A stretch of 64,000 nt of DNA from Okamejei kenojei (GCA_035221665.1 CM069157.1:25358001-25422000); one strand, 5' to 3'. Shown: positions 12,480-24,273, counted from the first letter of the stretch. Notes: generated by a model not told the origin, from the letters alone. Numbers and translations are program-made.

Positions 12480-12850
12480 TCTTGATGGATGGGATGGTTC
12501 TATCAGCGATAGGAAAGTTACTAGAACAAAAGTCCTAGACAGGAGTAATCTACACTTGAAAAGACAGGAATAAATCAAAGAGTCAGCATGGTTTTATGAG
12601 GGAGATATCCAATCTGACTGATTTGTTAGAATTTTTTCAAAAAATAACATTGATGCAGCTGGGATAGTCTGCATGGATTGCAGTCAGGCCTTGGATATGT
12701 CCAACATGGGAAAATAGGTCAAAAGGTTAGTGCCCTTGGGATCCAAGGCAAGTTGATTAATGGAATATAACATTGACTTGATAAAAGGAGAAATGGCAAG
12801 TTATTTTTTGTGATTAGAGGCCAGTGCCCAGTAATGTACACAAGGGTGCA
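12480..12850 (+). mobile_element. Old CR1 RT fragment
   Basis: Degenerate SQHGF..LTDLLEFF..GIQG motifs. Confidence 0.6.
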
Positions 12851-13732
12851 GTGCTGCCAGAGCTCACCGGAGCTCACCGGAGCTCACCGGAGTGCCGCTC
12901 TGGCACCTTTGTCAAAAATAAAGGCAAAAAAACCCCAGCGGGAATTTTAACTAGTGGGTGTGTGGTAGGGGTAATCTGGTTGAAAGAGGGGGAAGGGGAA
13001 GACCCATCACTATTGAGGTTCCCTGTAGGGGGGGGGGGGGCAATAGGACCCTGCAGAGTTAGACCATGTGCTGTCCGCATCATGGAGGTTGTGGGCCTGG
13101 TGCTGAGCCTGAAACTCTGGTGAGGTGATGGCTCCGGCCCATTGGGTGCCGGTGGAGAAGCGAGGGTCGGCGGAGTCACTGGTGGAGGCCCATGGGAAGC
13201 TGGAGTAGAGATACGGATCGGCGGCAGCAGCATCGGTTGCCCCAGGGAGACAGTGAAGGTCAGCGACAGCAGTGGTGGCCCCGGGAGACAGTGAAGGTCA
13301 GCGACCGCAGTGGTGGCCCCAGGGAGGCGGTGAGAGTCGGCGTCCGAGGCAGTTTCAGTGGTCCGTGCCTGGGTTTGGCTGGGAAGGCGGTGAGGGTCAG
13401 GGAGGCGGTGAATTTTGGTGCTGCTCTTCGTGGTGGCCATCCCAGCCTCGTGGTGGCCATCTCGCCTCATGGTGGTCGTGCAGGCAGTGCTGCGGTCCTG
13501 CGGTGGAGCTCCGGGCCTGCGGGCGGGCGGTTGAGTCAAGGAGTGTCGGTGGAAGGACCGATCTGGAGGCGGGCAAGTTTGTAATCCTTGGTAGAGGCCA
13601 GATAGGCAAAGAAGCGTTTGTTGAGCATGTGGATCTGTGTCGAATGAAGTACAGTTGTGGTCCATTGCAGGTGTGAGTGGGTGATTGAGCGAGTGAGTGG
13701 GTTAATGCGTGAGTGAGTGGATGAGTAAGTGG
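12850..13732. mobile_element. Putative non-autonomous DNA element; GC-rich, with CAGTG start, (GAGCTCACCG)x3 and degenerate ~39-bp repeats at 13240-13410
   Basis: Abrupt composition change interrupting the CR1; other end hidden by a nested element and the gap. Confidence 0.4.
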
Positions 13733-14772
13733 TAGATATGTTACAATACTTCTTCAGCGGCGCTGCACGTTTGTCACTGACCGTGTGAGCGACTTCGACG
13801 CCTTGAGGGGGGGGGGGGGGGGGAGGGTTAAAATGCGGTTTTCCCCTGCCTTCCGGAGTTATATTTTCTCGGGGTGCGAGCTTTTGCTGAAGATTCATTC
13901 CGACTGCCAGTATGATTTTTTAAATCACCCAACAATTTCAGAGCTGGAGTAAAATAAAAATTAGCTTCTAATGCTGTGAACGCCGACAACGGGGACGGAT
14001 TTCACGTAGGGGACAGGTAAAGGAAAGCTGTTTATTTTTACATATGAACTTGCTTATTAGGATGACCTTAATCAAAATTTCATGTTGCGAAACGGTGATT
14101 TATTCCCCATGCGAACAGGCAGTATTTTTCCTGCCAATACGAGGTTTAAATTCACTGCAACCGCAACGTTCCAATCCATCACGTTCCATAAAATCCCACT
14201 CGCAAACTGATTTAAATCTCTATTAATTTACGGGCATTAAACACTAAATTCCTTCAATTTGGCCTATAAATTCATGACAATGAGATTTAAAAATCATGTT
14301 ATATTGTGAATTCTTGTGTGAATGTTATTTGGACACAGGCTTTTTAAAAAATGTTAATATTTTCTTAAGAAAGGTACAGATGTTTAGATCTAGTAATTGA
14401 ATTCTGTAATTAGCTACAATTGGGTAACTAACTAATTATATGCTTTAATTTCAGGTCATCCAAGTAAGATTGTTTCATATTTGTTTCAGAATGCTGCAAT
14501 CCATAATAACTGAAAATTTCTTTCAGTTCCCTTAATTTTTAAGAAAGTTATGGGCTTTTAACTGTCCTCGATCACAACTTTTGTGTTAAGTCAATGGAAA
14601 AGCAATAGGGAACAAGATGCTAATTTCTGAGTATGAAAATGGCCATAACTTTTTTAATACTGAAGATATGAAAGTGAATTAGGTGTCAAATTAAACTTCT
14701 TTTTATGCTTTATTTGATGGGATGAATTGCAGACTTGATTTTTTTAAATCTCAACATTTTGTAACATTGCTA
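13733..14772. mobile_element. Non-autonomous TIR DNA transposon (~1.04 kb)
   Basis: TAGATATGTTACAA (13733-13746) versus TTGTAACATTGCTA (14759-14772), 12/14 inverted match; TAAGT on both flanks. Confidence 0.65.
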
Positions 14773-14777
14773 TAAGT

Positions 14778-14930
14778 NNNNNNNNNNNNNNNNNNNNNNN
14801 NNNNNNNNNNNNNNNNNNNNNNNNNNNNNNNNNNNNNNNNNNNNNNNNNNNNNNNNNNNNNNNNNNNNNNNNNNNNNNNNNNNNNNNNNNNNNNNNNNNN
14901 NNNNNNNNNNNNNNNNNNNNNNNNNNNNNN
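14778..14930. other. Assembly gap
   Basis: N run. Confidence 1.
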
Positions 14931-15039
14931 GTTGTAGCGCTATCATGTACCGTCTTGGCGTAATTCAGGACATCACAGATAGATAGGCATACAGAATCAC
15001 AGACATAATAACAAACAAGATGAGGGTTTTAGTAATATA
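14931..15039 (-). mobile_element. Helitron 5' terminal segment (remainder in gap)
   Basis: Ends TTTTAGTAATATA, like the terminus at 17060-17074. Confidence 0.6.
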
Positions 15040-15261
15040 CTAGACTAAGTGGAACCCGTTGGGTCCCATGGTCACACGGGAGGGCTGGTCCTCCGACACA
15101 ATATTCCACCTCTCCACCAATTCCAATATTGGTGGCCAGTGGGGGGGGGGGGGCTATCTGGAGCGCAGGTATGGGTTCTTGGGGTGGCAGCTCAGTCCCT
15201 CAAGCCTGATGTGCTGGCAGCTCACTCATGGCTGGTGGGCTGGCAGTTGGCTATTCCTTGA

Positions 15262-15612
15262 AATTCCATTTCAAGCAGGGTGCAAGGCCACCAAATTCAA
15301 ATCCATTTTCCCACCATTTCAAGCAGGGTGCATGGCCACCAAATTCAGTGCAGTTTCATATCACTTCAAGCTGGATCCAAGGCCACCAAATTCAGTGCAG
15401 TTTCATACCACTTCAAGCAGGGTGCAAGGCCGCTAAATTTAGTGCAGTTTCATACCACATCAAGCAGGGTGCAAGGCCGCCAAATTCAAGTGCAGTTTCA
15501 TTCCATTTCAAGCAGGGTGCCAGGCCACCACATTCAAATGCAGTTTGATACCATTTCATGCAGGGTGCAAGGCCACCACATTCAAACGCAGTTTCATACA
15601 ATTACAAGCAGG
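15262..15612. repeat. 47-bp minisatellite, ~7-8 copies (TTCAAGCAGGGTGCAAGGCCACCAAATTCAGTGCAGTTTCATACCAC)
   Basis: Period measured at 15318/15365/15412. Confidence 0.92.
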
Positions 15613-15895
15613 TGAAACCATCATAAAACCACCATAAAACCACACAAAGCACCAAACTCACAGTTCAGTAGACATTCAGTGAATTCAGTTGATGCACAGC
15701 TCAGACAAAGTCGTGACCTCTCCCTCCCCCATCATGCAGAGACTGAGCCACACCCACACTTCCGGGTTTTAGAACCCCTCCCCCTCCCACCGGAAAAGGT
15801 GTGGCCTTCATGATGTGATTGACAGATTCTCAAATATCACAGCCGTAAGTGGTAGCATTTTATCTAAAATCAATATAGAGTGCAAACAGGAAGTT

Positions 15896-16700
15896 ACCCA
15901 AAGCACCCAAACCACCATTTGTAGTAGTGCCTTTTAACTTCAACCCAAAGCACCCAAACCACCATTTGCAGTAGTGCCTTTTAACTTCAACCAAAGCACC
16001 CAAACCACCATTTGCAATAGTGCCATTTTAACTTCAACCCAAACCACCCAAACCACCATTTGCAGTAGTGTCTTTTAACTTCAACCCAAACCACCCAAAC
16101 CACCATTTGCAGTAGTGCCTGCTTACTTCAACCCAAAGCACCACACCACCATTTGCAGTAGTGCCTTTTTACTTCAACCCAAAGCACCCAAACCACCATT
16201 TGCAGTAGTGCCTTTTAACTTCAACCCAAAGCACCCAAACCACCATTTGCAGTGGTGCCTTTTTATTTCAACACAAAGTACCCAACCCACCATTTGCAGT
16301 AGTGCCTTTTAACTTCAACCCAAACCACCCAAACCACCATTTGCAGTAGTGCCGTTTTACTTCAACCCAAAGCACCCACACCACCATTTGCAGTAGTGCC
16401 TTTTTACTTCAGCCCAAAGCACCCAAACTACCATTTGCAGCAGTGCCGTTTTACTTCAACCCAAAGCACCCAAACCACCATTTGCAGTGGTGCCTTTTTA
16501 TTTCAACACAAAGTACCCAACCCACCATTTGCAGTAGTGCCTTTTAACTTCAACCCACAGCACCCAAACCACCATTTGCAGTAGTGCCTTTTTATGTCAA
16601 CCCAAAGCACCCAAACCACCATTTGCAATGGTGCCTTTTTACTTCAACCCAAAACTCCCAAACAACCATTTGCAGGCAGTGCCTTTTTACTTCCAACCAA
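15896..16700. repeat. 47-bp minisatellite, ~17 copies (CAACCCAAAGCACCCAAACCACCATTTGCAGTAGTGCCTTTTAACTT)
   Basis: Period measured at 15941/15988; no spacers between units. Confidence 0.95.
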
Positions 16701-17079
16701 CCATATGTTCAATTTCAAACCACATTAAGGGCACTCACAGTTGAGGAGACATGTTCAGTGTTATTCAGAGCTCAGAGGGACGTAACCCTCTGGCTTCCTC
16801 CATCTTGCAGAGATTGAGTGAGGCACACCACTTCGGAGTTTTATAGTCCCTCCCCACTCCCACTAGCAGGGGCAGCAGAGAGAATGGCAATGTTTTTAAA
16901 AACATTAATATCTCTCTGATTTTTCATCAATGGGAAATATCTTCTGGTCCAGGAAGGCGGAGGTGGGCTCTGAGCGAGGTGGCCAAAATTGACGGCCATA
17001 GGTGGCAGCGTTCTTTCGGAAATCACAGCACAGCGAGCCAAAAGTGGTCAAGATCAGACTTTTAGTAATATAGATTTTA

Positions 17080-17860
17080 CTGGACCAAATGGGACCCGTT
17101 GGGCCCGACTCCCCCAATGCAATATTCCACCACTCACCCGTTTCCCCAACGCAACCCGTTCCCCCAATGCAATTTTCCACCAATCATCCATAGCCCCCAA
17201 CTGCGCAGGTGCAGCTGACATTTTTAAAGTGCAAAATGGCAATAACTTGTAACATATAAGATCAATGTGAATTCATCTCACTCTCCCTCTTCAGTCCCCT
17301 ATTCCCCTCCTACATTATCCTCCCTCTCCCCACCCACCACCAACCCTTCTCTGCTTCCTTCACTCACCCCCTCCCTCCCATCCTCTCCTTTCTCTTCCCA
17401 CCCTCATTCATTACCTCACCATCCCGCTTCCTACCCCTATCCTCCTCCATTCCCCCTCAGCCCCCAGACCTCGCTCCAGCCTCAGCGCCTTGTTCATTTC
17501 AAATCCCGCGGGCGCAGGGAGACTTTACGTTATCCGCACGTGCGGATTGTAAAATAACTGAAAGTCAGTCAGTTACTTTTTGAGGGTGCGGTCTAGAGTC
17601 GCGGGAGTGGGAGGGAGAGGGATAAGCATCCCCGTGGGCCCGGAGCGGAAGCCCACGAACCCTGCACCGGCTCGAACCCCAGTCCAGGGCCCAGAGCCGC
17701 GCTCAGGGCACAGTCCGTGTTTGTGTCCGTGTCTGTGTCAAACATGCTTTTATTGGGAACAGCAATTTAAACAAAATGTAAATGTGATCCCATTGTGAAG
17801 CCATACGCTGCTAACGGCAAGTGGGGATGCTGTTTTAATTTTTTTTAAGATTAAAATGTG
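17080..17860 (-). mobile_element. Helitron 3' portion (5' end lost at the CR1 junction)
   Basis: CTGGACCAAATGGGACCCGTTGGGCCC is a variant 3' end plus hairpin; 17080-17215 is homologous to 58020-58155. Confidence 0.7.
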
Positions 17861-18173
17861 AGTATATTTACAATATACATCAACAATTTAAATGATTTAA
17901 TTAAAAGTAAGATTAGCAAATTTGCAGATGACACAAAGCTGGGTGGCAGTGTGAACTGTGAGGAGGATGCTATGAGGATGCAGGGTGACTTGGACAGATT
18001 GGGTGAGTGGACACATGCACGGCAGATGCAGTATAATTTGGATAAATGTGAGGTTATCCACTTTGGTGGCATGAACGGGAAGGCAGATTATTATCTGAAT
18101 GGTGTCAGGTTAGGAAAAGGGGAAGTACAATGAGACCTGGTTGTCATAGTACATCAGTCACTGAAAGTAAGCA

Positions 18174-18314
18174 GGGTACACAAAAAGCTGGAGAAGCTCA
18201 GCGGGTGCAGCAGCATCTAAGGAGCGAAGGAGATAGGCGACGTTTCGGGTCGAGACCCTTCTTCAGACTGAAGAAGGGTCTCGACCCGAAACGTCGCCTA
18301 AGCTGCTGCTTAAA
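18174..18314. mobile_element. Penelope pLTR-derived mini-element with 67-bp palindrome and 14-bp TSD
   Basis: ACTGAAAGTAAGCA at 18160-18173 and 18315-18328; body matches the pLTR at 46717-46812. Confidence 0.88.
18268..18295 (+). ncRNA. Minimal hammerhead ribozyme-like core (identical copy on minus strand at 18239-18266)
   Basis: CTGAAGA-A-GGGT(CTCG)ACCC-GAAAC-GTC; minimal HHRs are known from Penelope pLTRs; stem I not evident. Confidence 0.6.
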
Positions 18315-18984
18315 ACTGAAAGTAAGCATACAGGTGTAACAGGCAGTGAAGAAAGCTCATGGCATATTGGCCTTCATAACGAGAGGAGTGAATTTGGGAG
18401 CAAAGAGATCCTTCTGAAACCACACCTGCAGTATTGTGTGCAATTTTGGTCTCCTAATTTGAGGAAGGACATTCTTGCTATTGAGGGAGTGCAGCGTAAG
18501 TTCACAAGGTTAATTCTTGGGAAGGCGGGACTGCATATGATGAAAGAATGTAGCGACTGGATTGTATTAACAGGAATTTAGAAGGATGGGAGGAGATCTT
18601 ATAGAAACATAGAAAATTATTAAGGGATTGGACACGCTAGATGCAGGAAACATGTTCCCAATGTTGGGGGAGTTCAGAACCAGTGGTCGCAGTTTAAGAA
18701 TAAGGGGTAGGCAATTCAGAACTGAGATGAGGAAAAGCTTTCTCACACAGATTGTAGTGAATTTGTGGAATTCTCTGCTTCAGAAGGCAGTGGAAGCCAA
18801 TTCACTGGATGCATTCAAAAGAGAGTGAGATAGAGCTCTTAGGGCTAGCGGAATCAAGGAGTATGGGAACAAGGCAGGAACGGGGTACTGATTGTGGATG
18901 ATCTGCCATAATCACATTGAATGGCTGTTTTGGCTCGAAGGGCCGAATGGCCTACTCCTGCACCTATTGTCTATGTATCTACTT

Positions 18985-19210
18985 AGTGTCATAGTCATAC
19001 AGCAAGGAAACAGGCCCTTCGGCCCAACACTTACCCCAGCCAACATGTCCCAGCTACACTAGTCTCACCTGCCTTAGTTTGTCCCATATCCCTCCAATCC
19101 TGTCCTGTCTAACTGTTTCTTAAATGTTGGGATAGTCCCTGCCTTAAGTACCTCATCTGGCACCTCGTTCCATACAACCACCACCCTTTGTGTGAAATAG
19201 GTACCCCAAA
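18985..19210 (-). mobile_element. CR1-type 3' end (antisense)
   Basis: GGAAACAGGCCCTTCGGCCCA..CCACCACCCTTTGTGTGAAA. Confidence 0.7.
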
Positions 19211-19464
19211 CACATCTGAACATCTGAAACATCTTTGAACTGTAAGTGGCAATTGCTTTGTTATCTCTTAATAATACATGATGTTGCAGTCATGCCATTC
19301 TTAAATGTGATAGATACCACCTCTGCATTAATGGGATTTATTGGATCCAAGTGAAAGACCTCTACTTCTGCTGGTTACATCACCTACACGTTTAAGCTAA
19401 TGTACCAATTGATCCATTGATATATTGAAAATGAAGCCAAAATATCGCCTGGTGTCAGCAGATA

Positions 19465-20980
19465 CTGAATCAACAAACTGGTGGAACTTGGTGTCAGCAC
19501 TTGGATGCTCAACCTCCTGACCCAGAGACCACAATCAGTGAGGATAGGTGACAAATCATCCTCCATGATAATTTTCAACACTGGTGCTGCACAATGGTGC
19601 ATTCTCAGTCCTCTACTATACTCCTAATGGGCCTGTCCAACCTACGCAACGTTTTTGGTGACTGCCGGCACCCGTCATAGGTCGTTGCAGGTCTTCGAAG
19701 ATTTTCAACGTTGAAAATCCAACGGCAACCAGAAAGACGCTACGACTCTTTGGGCGACTGAGAAGACTACTCATGACCATACAGGCGACACCCTGGCGAC
19801 ATGTCGCGGGGTGGAGCCTGTATGGTCGTGAGTACTCGCCCAAAGAGTTGTACCTTGTTCTGGTCGCCGCTGGATTTTCACCATGTTGAAAATCTTCGGC
19901 AACTTGTGACGACTTACGACGGGTGTCGGCAGTCGCCGAAAAAGTCATGTAAGTAGGACAGGCCCATTATACACTCACAACTATGCAAAGTTTGCAGATG
20001 ACACCACTGTAGTTGGCCAGATATCGAATAATGACGTGACGGTGTACAGAATGGAGACTGAGAACTTAGTAACTTAGTGCAAAGACAGCAACCATTCCCT
20101 CAATGTCAATGAGACAAAGGAAATAGTGATTTACTTCAGGATGTGAAGCAATAAGCATACTCTAGTATACATTGATGACACTGAAGCAGAGATGGTCGAA
20201 GAATTCAAGTTCTCAAACTCTTAGATGTTGGGATAGATCCGAGGAATAAATATTATCAACAATTTGTCCAGGACCAGCTACGTCATAGCAATGGCCAAGA
20301 AAGCACCCCAACGTCGCCACTATCTTAGTAGGCACAAGAAGTGCAGCATGTAACCAACAACCCTCATCAACATCTACAGATGCGGCAGTGTCTAGGATTA
20401 TGCTAGTGAATGGTGTGATCGCTGGTTGGCGTGGTCTCCATGGGCCAAAGCGCCTGTTTCTGCACTGTATCTCTAAGGTCTAATGTCTAAAGTAAAAAGA
20501 CCGTAAGAAATTGCAGAGTTGTGGACATAGCCCATACCGTCACACAAACCAGCTTCCCTTCCATCGACTCCATCTACACTGCACACTAACTCGGCAGCAT
20601 GCCAGCATAATTAAGGACCAGTCTCATTCTGGTCACTCCTCCTTCTCCCCTCTCCCATCAGGTAAAAGGTACAGAAATTTGAAAACACGTATCCCCAAAT
20701 TCAGGAACAGCTTCTGCCCAGCTGTTATCAGGCAACTAAATGGTCCTCTCATCAGTTAGAGAGCAGTCTGGACCTCCCATCTACCTCATAGGAGACATTT
20801 GAACTTTCTTTAATTGCACTTTATCGGAGTTCAATGTTACATCTGTGCACTGAATGTTGTACCTTTATCTTTGCACTGTTGGTGGCTTGTTTGTATTCAT
20901 GTATAGTTTTTTTTTGACAGGAAAGCATGCAATCCAGAGCTTTTCACTGAACCTCGGTACACGTGACGATAATAAACAAA
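19465..20980 (+). mobile_element. Degenerate Rex1/Babar-type LINE 3' half with nested MITE and SINE tail (~20387-20492)
   Basis: TGAAQ..LSPLL, KFADDTTVVG, LPSGKRYR..FRNSFCPAVIRQLN. Confidence 0.8.
19628..19966. mobile_element. PIF/Harbinger-type MITE
   Basis: Long imperfect TIRs TGGGCCTGTCC../..GGACAGGCCCA flanked by TAA/TTA; removal restores the LINE sequence CTCCTTATACACTCAC. Confidence 0.85.
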
Positions 20981-21639
20981 CAATCAAAGCCTCACACTGC
21001 AGGGTGGTGGTCTGGTGCAGTGGTCGTGACATGTTTACCACAGTGGAGCAGGACAAGGAGTATTGTAAACTCTTGGTTCTTGGATTCCATCCTGGGCATC
21101 AAGCTGTTTTGTCCATAAAAAGTTAGTCCTCACATCTGCTACCGATTTACTGGTCAATCAGTGTTTACTAAATAATAATTACCTGGGTTTTAGGCTTTGG
21201 CACAGTGGGGGGAAGGTCCTGCAGCAGTAAGGAAGCAAGAACATTTCAGCAGTGTGTTTGTCATGGCTTTCTGATTCAGCCACGTCATTCATTTATTGTT
21301 CCCAGGTCTCAGTTAATTAGTGTAATAGGGCACAGTGATGATGTGCATGGCTCTGCTCTCGGACCCACTTTTTAAGGGGATGGTCCAAACATGACAATTG
21401 ACAGATTACGGAGCAGAACACAAAACCAGGCAAGCACAATATGAACTGGTCCAGTGACTCAGTGCTGAGTGTCATTCTGGCAGCCATCCAGCAATGCAGG
21501 GACATTATACTCCAAGCTGGAGAGGAAAGAAGCTGCCTGAAAATCAGCAGTGCATCCGGAGGTTGCCAGGGTTAGCAGGAGAATGGGTTCTCCTATTTCC
21601 CTATTACAATACTGCATCATCTTGCTGATTAAACCGTTT

Positions 21640-21976
21640 ATAACTGCGAACAGTTAGAGCCTTTCTCTTAGGATGGATATACGGAAGACTAGTGGGCATA
21701 GCTTTAAAGTGAGAGAGACAAAGTTTAAAGGAGATGTGTCGGGCAAGTTTTTTTACACTAAGAGTGGTGGGTGCCTGGAACGTGCTCCCAAGGGACATGG
21801 TTGAGGGTGACACAATAGTGGTGTTTAGGAGGCTGTTGGATAGGCACATGGGTACGCTGAAAGTGCAGGGATAAGGATCATGTGCAGGCAGATGAGAGTT
21901 GGTGCAAACATCATGTTCGGCACAATCATTGTGGACCAAAGGGCCTATTCCTGTGCTATATTGTTTGATGTTCTAT
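21640..21976 (+). mobile_element. CR1 3' end
   Basis: ACTAGTGGGCATAGCTTTAAAGTG..GGACCAAAGGGCCTATTCCTGTGCT, TTCTATG tail. Confidence 0.8.
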
Positions 21977-22789
21977 GTTAACCCACCATCTCAGTCTTTG
22001 CGGTTATATCCACCCCAACACTGTTACAGTATCCCCTTCCCCTGGACCACCCAGCATTCACGTTCAGCATGATCTTTATGCTATGCCATGTTCTCCCTCA
22101 TTGTCATTCTCAACAAACCACCCCTTCCATCTGCTAATCCTCATCATTACTTCACTCATGGATCACATTCCTCGCAGCCAAGTTGGGATCACGGGTGGCA
22201 GGGAACTTCTCCGCAGTACCTGTCATTCTGGACAGTATTTGCATCAGAGAGTTTGACCTCCCATGCCTGCCTTGATACAGAACTCAATCTCATGCATATA
22301 CATTGCGTGCAACACTCACAAATGGACTCAAAGTTAACAGTGGGTTAAAAAATGATTGTGCGCAAAATGACAGCCTTAATAATTATTACTCCGATGGATC
22401 TAATTTATGTATTTAATCTCCCACAGGGCCTCCAGTGTCCCACGGGACATGCAGGGAGGCATTTGGCATAATTGCCATTTGTCATCACCGACAGACTCAC
22501 TGAGGAGTCTGCTAATAAAGAGAGGTTTTATCTGCTCACATAATAACTGCCATGAATAATCATCAAGGGTAGAGATGCTGCTGTGGGGAGTTTTCAGTTC
22601 TCTCGAGCATGAAAACATGACACCACTCTATGCTCTCATATACTGCAGAATCCAAAGGAAATTGTGCAGGATTATTCCAGCCTAGAGAGATGGATCTAAA
22701 CAGTCTCTGTCCACACTGCTGAAGAACCGATCTTGCAGGAAGAAGAGTGAAAAAGTGTAGCCATGTGAAGCTGCTTACATGATCCTAGA

Positions 22790-22890
22790 CAGACACAAAA
22801 TGCTGGATTACTGTAGATCAGCAGATCGGGCAGCATCTCTGGAGAGCATGGATTTGTGACATTTCAGGTCGGGAGCATTTTGCAGACTTT
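22790..22890 (-). mobile_element. Penelope pLTR remnant
   Basis: GACACAAAATGCTGGA..CAGCATCTCTGGAG..GACATTTCAGGTCG. Confidence 0.65.
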
Positions 22891-24020
22891 GAATAAAGTT
22901 CAACTAACTTGTTATTACATGATTTTAGACTATTATTATGATTATGTTTTTTTTAATGTTGACTTTCTCAATATTATTGGTTGACCCATACTCTGCCCCA
23001 GGCACACTTCAGCAATTATCTGGTGAGTGGCACATTGCGAGGCATAATCTGGCACAGGTCAATGGGAGTTGTGATATTTTCACAGGTGGTCTGTCATTGC
23101 AAGGGGACTTGCAGGAATCGGAAGAAATGGCATCTCAGCCAAAGCAACCTGGAACTTGAGGAGCCGCAAGCCACTATCGAACAAGCTTCCCCGGCCAGAA
23201 CACATCTTGCCTGCATTCCTGCATTGCTAATGATGTTTTGATATGATGTATAATCTGGCACAAAACAATGGGAGTTGTGATATTTTCACAGGTGGTCTGT
23301 CACTGCAAGTCAAATGATTCACTTTTAAGGATTCACATCAGCACAGACATGTTCACATGGGCATGCTGTGATGTTCACATTACAGCAATGGTAAGTGTTC
23401 GGTGCAGGTTTATGCTGCAAACGAAACTCGATGAGAGAGTTTTCACTTACACTTGGATGGGTCAGTGGAAGCCAGGCTCTGAGTGATGCTCAGAAGGAAT
23501 GACAGTAATGAAAATGGAAAATTTAAAAAGCTTCTCTCTCTCAAACCTCTTTCCAGTGTTCCAAGGAGGCACAGGAGATTGCAGATGCTGGAATCTGGAG
23601 CAAAAATAAATGTTCCTCTCGCCTCTTTATACTGACTTCTACATGAGATGTAAAAGGGAAAGTGAACTGAAAGATCTCTGCCAATTTGTGAGTCTAGAGT
23701 CTAAAATACTAAACGTAGTTCAATCTCATAGCCAGTACCAGGGACAATGTTGTTGTGTTTTTGAAGTACTAAAGGCATTTTTTTTACAAGCCACAGAAAC
23801 TGTCCAACATTGTTGTAAACAATCTTTAGTGATGCTTGCACCAACTGTGCCCACTTTCACCGATGTGCAAGTGGCCATCTTTCAGATGATGGCAAAATTA
23901 GGTCACACAGCAAGTCCTTGTCATAAGTCATAGCGTCATGAGTGATAGGAGCAGAATTTGGCCATTTGGCCCATCAAGTCCACTTGGACATTCAATCTTG
24001 GCTGATCTATCGCTCCCTCT

Positions 24021-24273
24021 TGTAGATCAACCATATTAATCTCTGTCAATATAACCTTCACCACATATATTATGATTGATACACATTCCACCATGTAATC
24101 CAGTCCGGGATTTGAGTAGGAATGCAGCCACTGACAACAGCCGGCTCGTCCCTTCGTTTGTAGTCTGTGAAATTATGTGATGAGTGTAAAAGTATGTATT
24201 GTTCTCTCTGCATGGATTTTAATAAATGCTTTGTGATTCACCTAATACTTTGTAATGGTTTGATTACAAAACA
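24021..24273 (+). mobile_element. LTR (Gypsy-like), 253 bp
   Basis: TGT...ACA termini, AATAAA at 24221, immediately followed by a tRNA-Leu PBS. Confidence 0.75.

Larger units (their letters stand above)
15040..17074 (-). mobile_element. Complete non-autonomous Helitron with two minisatellite arrays
   Basis: Minus strand: A|TCTATATTACTAAAA ... hairpin GGGACCC-AAC-GGGTTCC ... CTAG|T; AT target and no TSD. Confidence 0.85.
17866..18980 (+). mobile_element. 5'-truncated CR1 (HER1-like) LINE
   Basis: FTIYINNL..KFADDTKLGG; highly similar to 6665-7650; CR1 tail. Confidence 0.93.

Noticed and set aside
12874-13665. 263-aa Pro/Thr-rich ORF
   Set aside because: Arises from GC-rich repeats open in several frames; no domain motifs
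15896-16700. CRISPR-like array
   Set aside because: Contiguous 47-bp units without unique spacers, no cas genes, eukaryotic context
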